Shown: in pieces, positions 62,801-64,000 of the stretch
Position numbering within the stretch: position 1 is the stretch's first letter
Layout of the letters: every line of letters starts with the position of its first letter
Assembly (NCBI RefSeq): GCF_006345805.1
Contig: NC_043000.1
Location: forward strand, 66,030,001-66,094,000
Direction of reading: 5' to 3'
DNA: 64,000 nucleotides
Source of the DNA: Octopus sinensis
Taxonomy: Eukaryota
Program-made: the position numbers and the translations under genes
The notes under the pieces: model-generated
The model's database searches: none
The model's input: only the letters and a program-made list of their open reading frames with translations
Told to the model about the DNA's origin: nothing

Positions 62801-64000
62801 ATATATCCAATAATAGCAAAACTAAAAGCTAGTATTAAAAAGAGGTTCACTCATTAAAATAATAGAATCATTTCAGTTACGATTGTTTTCTTTCTGCTTA
62901 TATCTTTTACTTTATAACAACATTCTCTCATTTCTTTTTCAACACATTGTTTTATTGCCCCACTTCTCTTTTGGCCGGCTCTATTCTTTTTCTGCTTAAT
63001 TTCATTTGAATTTCATGGCATTTATTTTTCTAACTTTATCGCTTTTTTTCTTTCTTACAACCCTCACCAATGAAGCTCTTCTGGATTTGTCTTTCAGTTT
63101 TTATCTTAACATTAACATAGTTTTTCTGTCACTTGTATGTTATTATTGAAATACTTTTATTATGATATTGCAATCTTAACGGTAACTTTAAGGCCATTGA
63201 AGTCTTTATGATCCAATCATTTGCAGGGAAATTCTTTTTAAAATACATTACCAGGAAGAAACTAGCAGATTAGAAATTCTCTTATATATGATTAACAATT
63301 ATTGCACTTTCTTACACAAGTCTTTTAAATAATTTACACCATACTTAAATGTCTTTTCCATCTGTAATTTATTGTAACAAGTATTTCTACAAAATGGTAA
63401 CTCTTACCATAGAAATTTTTTTTCCTTTGAGTAATTTATAATCAGTGAAATAATATAGCAGTTAAATAAGGTAGAGACTCATGTATTTCTTTCATATTTA
63501 TATATCCTCTTCATCCTGATTTAACATCCATTTTCTATTCTAGCATGGGTTGGACGGTTTGATAGGAGCTGGTAAGACGAGGGGTCACACCAGCTGTTCT
63601 GCTCTGGCATAATTTCTACAGTTGGATGCCCTTCCTCATGCGAACTACTCCACAGAGTGTACTGGGTATTTTTTATGTGACACTAGTGCTTTTTTACACA
63701 CACACACAATCACTGTTATTGTTGTTTATCTTGTTGTTGCTTTGTTTTATATAACCTGTTTCAAGTCTCAACCAGAAACTCCAAGTAACAGCAGCTTGAA
63801 TGCTTTACTATGGATGTTTTTTTTTATGATTAACAATAATATATTACAGGGGAAAGAGACCAGGTTCTGAGAACTAAGATTCTGTTAAATTTGTAATAGT
63901 TCAAATTTTGATCAGAATTTTAAGAGAATCAGATATTTTCAAGTTGGCAATGTTTTTCTTTGGATTTCGATTTGGACTGTACTCATAAGAACGATTGTTT

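Overview
AT-rich (roughly 30-35% GC by eye), repeat-dense animal genomic DNA. The SINE/LINE families and long (TA)n/(CA)n tracts look like octopus/coleoid cephalopod, which is inferred from memory of these repeat families and not database-checked. Two protein-coding genes are well supported: (1) a single-coding-exon 1734-aa Ser/Lys/Asn-rich protein with three AT-hooks at 3181-8385 (+), with no recognisable orthologue; (2) ITPA (inosine triphosphate pyrophosphatase, 189 aa) in three coding exons at 29059-33331 (+). Most of the rest is transposon debris: several tRNA-headed SINE families, RTE and CR1-like LINE pieces, a Penelope-like RT-GIY-YIG element, a near full-length mariner carrying a nested LINE, hAT/Buster and Tigger remnants, piggyBac-like and hAT MITEs, and non-autonomous Helitrons. 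The most unusual signals are RNA-structure ones: a type I hammerhead-ribozyme fold with intact core at 52646-52692, two degenerate hammerhead-like motifs, a near-perfect 99-nt palindrome, long foldbacks inside an ITPA intron, and a perfect 32-bp inverted repeat that splicing could collapse into a pre-miRNA-sized hairpin. A possible decayed minus-strand gene lies at about 12-13.4 kb. I saw no CRISPR array, rRNA or bona fide tRNA. All coordinates were counted by hand; repeat boundaries are approximate.
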